From positions 1-54,809 of the forward strand of contig KZ538671.1 of assembly GCA_000934665.2 (NCBI GenBank): a stretch of 54,809 bases of DNA, written 5' to 3'. Below are positions 50,705 to 54,809 of the stretch, in pieces. The stretch is from Catajapyx aquilonaris. Lineage: Eukaryota. Below the pieces are notes generated by a model. That model ran no database searches. It was not told where the DNA came from and was given only the letters and a program-made list of their open reading frames with translations. How positions within the stretch are numbered: position 1 is the stretch's first letter; each line of letters begins with the position of its first letter. The translations under genes were made by a program, and so were the position numbers.

Positions 50705-52241
50705 ATGGCCGAAGAAAATAACCTGACTTGGATGCAGAGCTTTTTCGCTTCAATAGTGAAGCAAGGGGACGTTCCTCAACATATGGCCATCATCATGGAC
50801 GGGAACAGAAGATACGCAAGAGAAAGAAAATTGCCTCTCATTGAGGGACATAAAAATGGGTGAGAGATTATAAACAAGCACATTCCTGCCAAATGAAGTC
50901 GATCTTGGTGAGAGTTGATTCTTTCTCTATAGCCGATAGAAGTCATAGTGATTGAACTGCAATAATATAGTTATTGTGGTTTTTCTAGGGATATTCACAC
51001 AGGCGTTAATCCTAAATATGGAACACTTCTCTTTGTTGCAGCTATAAGAAGATGCTGGAGGTTCAGGAGTGGTCTAGAGCAATGGGAATCTACGCCTTAA
51101 CAGCATATGCTTTCAGCATAGAAAACTTCAAGAGGACTGATGAAGAAGTAAATGGGCTGATGGATTTGTTTGAGGAAGCGTTTCAAGACATCCTGGATGA
51201 TATGTGAGTCTCAACATGTTTTGTTGTCTGATTAATTTGTGTTATTTCCTATTTCCCGCCCAAGCTCCATAAATCTACCCACATATCCTCTGGTAGTCAT
51301 TCATTTTCCACGTCCTACATGCCACAAGATAATAACAAACGGCTCGTTTCAGCGATACGTGGATCAATCGAGACACTCAAATACGTGTGATTGGTCGACT
51401 GGAACTCTTTCCGAAAAGGCTGCAAATCCAGGCTGGACAGATCATGGAGAAACTGTCAGGCTGCAAAAAGCACGTCTTCACTCTGGCATGTCCTTACACG
51501 TGTGAGTATTCCATGACATACAAGAGTAAGGATTGGGCATCAACAAGTAACATTCATTTTCGTCCAGCCCGTGACGACATGACCTCCGCAATTCATCAGC
51601 TGATGGACGGAGTGGACGAAGGTCTGATCGAACCAGAGGACGTGTCAGAGGGACTGATGGAGAAGTGTCTCCAGACCAGGGACCTTCCTCCTGTGGACAT
51701 GCTCGTTAGGACATCAGGGGAAATGAGGTTCTCGGACTTCATGCTCTGGCAGGTCAGTCTCCATTTGCACTTTTCCTTCATTATTTGGTATGTAACAGTC
51801 ATTATCTAATTATAAATATTTTTCTGATTCAGAGTTCGTACAGTTATATCTGCTTCGAGAAAGTAACATGGCCACAGTATGGATTCTGGAATTTCCTGGG
51901 AGGCATCTTACTCTTCCAACGACATTCGTATTTCTTGAAGGTAGGATAACTATGCAGAGTATAGCTAGATTAATTGGTATAAATTAACGTGAAACCATCA
52001 GGTGGTTATCCGGATATACACGAAGACTATGATTCAAAAAGAATATTTGAATACATTTTTTTTTTACCGCCCGACAATTTTGCAGACAACTGATACTTTT
52101 TTTTTGCAGGATAAATTGAAAAGGCCGCAGGTCGAGCTGGAGCAAGAAAAATCTGACCCGGAGAAAGGAACACGAATAATTAATTTTCTGGGGAAGCTTG
52201 ACAAGAATCACATCGAGTATGTAGCGCACTTGTCACAATAA
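50705..52241 (+). CDS. DHDDS: cis-prenyltransferase (DHDDS-like) copy 3, intact, ~296 aa; exons 50705-50859, 51042-51203, 51353-51501, 51568-51752, 51833-51940, 52110-52241
   Basis: All five cis-PT conserved regions are present: [46 protein letters not shown]. The C-terminal helix is DHDDS-type ([10 protein letters not shown]) with no RxG tail, and the 891 nt spliced ORF is in frame. Confidence 0.93.
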
Positions 52242-53498
52242 TGTCGAAAAGAAATTAATGTGATTTCGCATGATAACTCCCTACACTGTTAGGATAAAGA
52301 TCACTTCTAAATTATTTTTAAATGACAGCTTGTTCTTCATTACAGTAACAAAATATTTGTCATACACTATTCGGTTTCTCTGTAGACCTCAATTGATATA
52401 ATTAGTTAAATCGGATTATTTTCATCATACGGTAGGAATCTGCTGCAGGTAGGCCTACACATGTCGTCTTAGGGCATTTCAAAATGGTGCAGTGAAAAAG
52501 CTAAGTAGACCTTCTGGGTCCATCCATTGCTTCCTATAAATAAGTGCTGATGTAACAGAAAAATAATAATTAGCAGTTCATCACTCACGCTATATAAGTG
52601 TTAGTTACATGATTCATGTTGGTGAATTCACATGCCGATCGCAATACCTTCATTGACGAGTTTTAGGAAATCTTGAATCGTACACTGTAATTCAAGTTTA
52701 TAACTATTTACTTACACTTACAACAAGACATATTATGTAATAAATAATATTAAAATGCATTTTTGTTATTGACTCTGATCGTCCAACTACCCTGAAGACC
52801 ATTTAACATCGCCTGATTCAGGTGAGTTAAATCCGGTTAAATCCTTGCTGAAAGCAGATAATGGTCTTGACGCACCTTTACTTAAGTTAATAGCGAAACA
52901 CTGATAATGGTTCAGCTTGTGCTACTTTTACGACATGCACATATTCTTTTTAAGCATATACCATAATATATCTTTCCTTTCTCACGAGTAATTAGTAATC
53001 ATTAGTATATACTCAATTTTTAGGTACAATTTTAGCTTCATGACTGTAAGGAAAAAAGAGGACCTGGAATGCAGCAAGTATTGATGGACATGGTCTTGGG
53101 ACATTTTATGGACGGTTTACCACGAGGTAGTGCAGCATTAGGGCAATCATTAGGGGCAGTGGATTGCCGACCATGCAGAAGCACATCAGTGGAAGGTAAG
53201 TGTTAATTATATTTTCTTCTGAATTAAGAAAATTATTTCACGTAATGGTAATCACGATAGATACCCAACTGAATCTCGCAGAAGTTGATGTGAGTCATTT
53301 AATATTGAGGCAACATTTCACATTGCCTGACGTTCTTACGCCTTGAAATACAGCGCGAGGAACACTACATGGCGAGGCTACGTAACATGATTAATTATTT
53401 CAGAATGAATGTTATTACTTGGCGTAACTGTACTAACCACGAGTGAAAAAATGACGCTGGCCAAGATTTTCTCACTGGCCATATGAATTTGCCAGGTC

Positions 53499-53586
53499 TA
53501 TAAAAGAAATGGTACGCGTATCTTACAACTCACTTCTTGTTTCTATAGGAGAAAACATCGCAGATTAACCTACAGGTGAAGTAAGC
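53499..53586 (+). promoter_or_regulatory. TATA box and non-coding first exon of cis-PT copy 4
   Basis: TATAAAAGAAATGG, TCACTT Inr-like ~30 nt downstream, donor GTAAGC at 53581; acceptor just upstream of the ATG at 54004. Confidence 0.7.
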
Positions 53587-54003
53587 CGTATCATCTTATA
53601 ACGACATTAAGGGTTTCAAAGTCTGCAGTGCACAATTAACCAGAAATTGGGAAATTTACCAGCCATCATTTCCGCACTTTTTAAAGATTTGACATTTTTT
53701 TTGCACGTACAGGTTTCACAGCTGCCAAAAACGTATTGATGTGTAATAGTAATTAATGCTAGTTATTTAGAATCAGAAATTGTACTGAAAATGATGCAGC
53801 GTTAAGTTAATCCGTTGAGGATTGTTGAAAACAGTTAAAAAAATTGTGAATCGTCTGAGTGTTATGAATAAAGGTTCAAATGGATTTCAGTCCGTCATGC
53901 AGTATAGCACAATACACATGTAGTGGATATGCAAGTGTTTCATTATTAACTTAATAGTATATAACTTTTTGTTTGTGATCATGACACTCAGAGTACACCA
54001 ACA

Positions 54004-54809
54004 ATGGCCGAAGAAAATAACCTAACGTGGATGCAGCGCTTCTTCGTGTCTATAGTGAAGCAAGGGGACGTTCCTCAACATATGGCGGTCATCATGGATG
54101 GAAACAGAAGATACGCAAGAGAGAAAAATTTGCCTCTCATTGAGGGACATAAAGAGGGGTGAGTCGTTTATAACTTATAAACTGGCCCCATTTACTCCTG
54201 CAAAATCGCTTTACGGGATGTTTAATCAGATTACTGACTGCTTCAAATCATGAAGTGATTGAACAGCAACGATAGTTATTGTGGTTTTCTTGCTCAGGCA
54301 TTCACACTAGATGTGAATCCTAATCGTTATGAAATCTTTTTTTCTTGTAGCTACAAGAAAATGCTGGAGGTTCAGGAGTGGTCTAGGGCAATGGGAATCT
54401 ATGCGACAACTGCGTATGCTTTCAGCATAGAGAACTTCAAGAGGTCAAAGGAAGAGGTCGATGGGCTGATGACTTTGTTCGAGAAAGCGTTTCAAGACAT
54501 CCTGGATGACATGTGAGTCTCAACACGTATCACGTATCAAAATTTGTATTATTTACCCATTACCTCTGCAAAGTCAATAAATATGTCCACTTACTCTATG
54601 GTATAGTAATTGACTTTCCATATTGTACGTATATACCACAAGATAAAATAACTTCAAAATTTCAGCGATACGTGGATCAATCGAGACACTCAAATACGTG
54701 TGATTGGCCGCTTGGAACTCTTTCCGAAAAGGCTGCAAATCCAGGCTGGACAGATCATGGAGAAACTGTCAGGCTGCAAAAAGCACGTCTTCACTCTGGC
54801 ATGTCCTTA
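54004..54809 (+). CDS. DHDDS: cis-prenyltransferase (DHDDS-like) copy 4, 5' part (exons 54004-54158, 54351-54512, 54666->54809), truncated by window end
   Basis: [38 protein letters not shown]...[18 protein letters not shown]; exon 1 and 2 lengths (155, 162 nt) match copy 3. Confidence 0.9.

Noticed and set aside
35406..54809. Horizontal transfer of bacterial UPPS/IspA as origin of the cluster
   Set aside because: The genes have spliceosomal introns and eukaryote-type signatures (DHDDS-like C-terminal helix without RxG; DDxxD FARM with the GWCIE/PCWY motifs of eukaryotic FPPS).

Overview
Eukaryotic, intron-rich arthropod (probably hexapod) genomic DNA, with one N-gap at 13372-13439. The left ~30 kb holds ordinary genes: a small secreted Gly-rich protein, a 6-exon Tudor-KH gene (papi/TDRKH-like) with an intronless MATH-BTB (SPOP-like) gene nested antisense in one intron, two convergent chitin-binding type-2 genes, an SLC17 transporter and a small secreted Pro-rich protein. 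These are interspersed with MITEs and SINEs. The right ~22 kb (32.6-54.8 kb) is a rearranged, segmentally duplicated isoprenoid locus. It has four same-strand DHDDS-like cis-prenyltransferase copies (one frameshifted, one exon-1-only fragment, one intact, one running off the window) surrounding a complete but active-site-divergent FPPS-family trans-prenyltransferase. An orphan copy of the cis-prenyltransferase promoter and leader exon lies upstream of that FPPS-like gene. This is the best candidate for an undescribed system: a co-regulated animal cis/trans-isoprenoid biosynthetic cluster. All gene models were spliced and translated by hand; no database searches were run.
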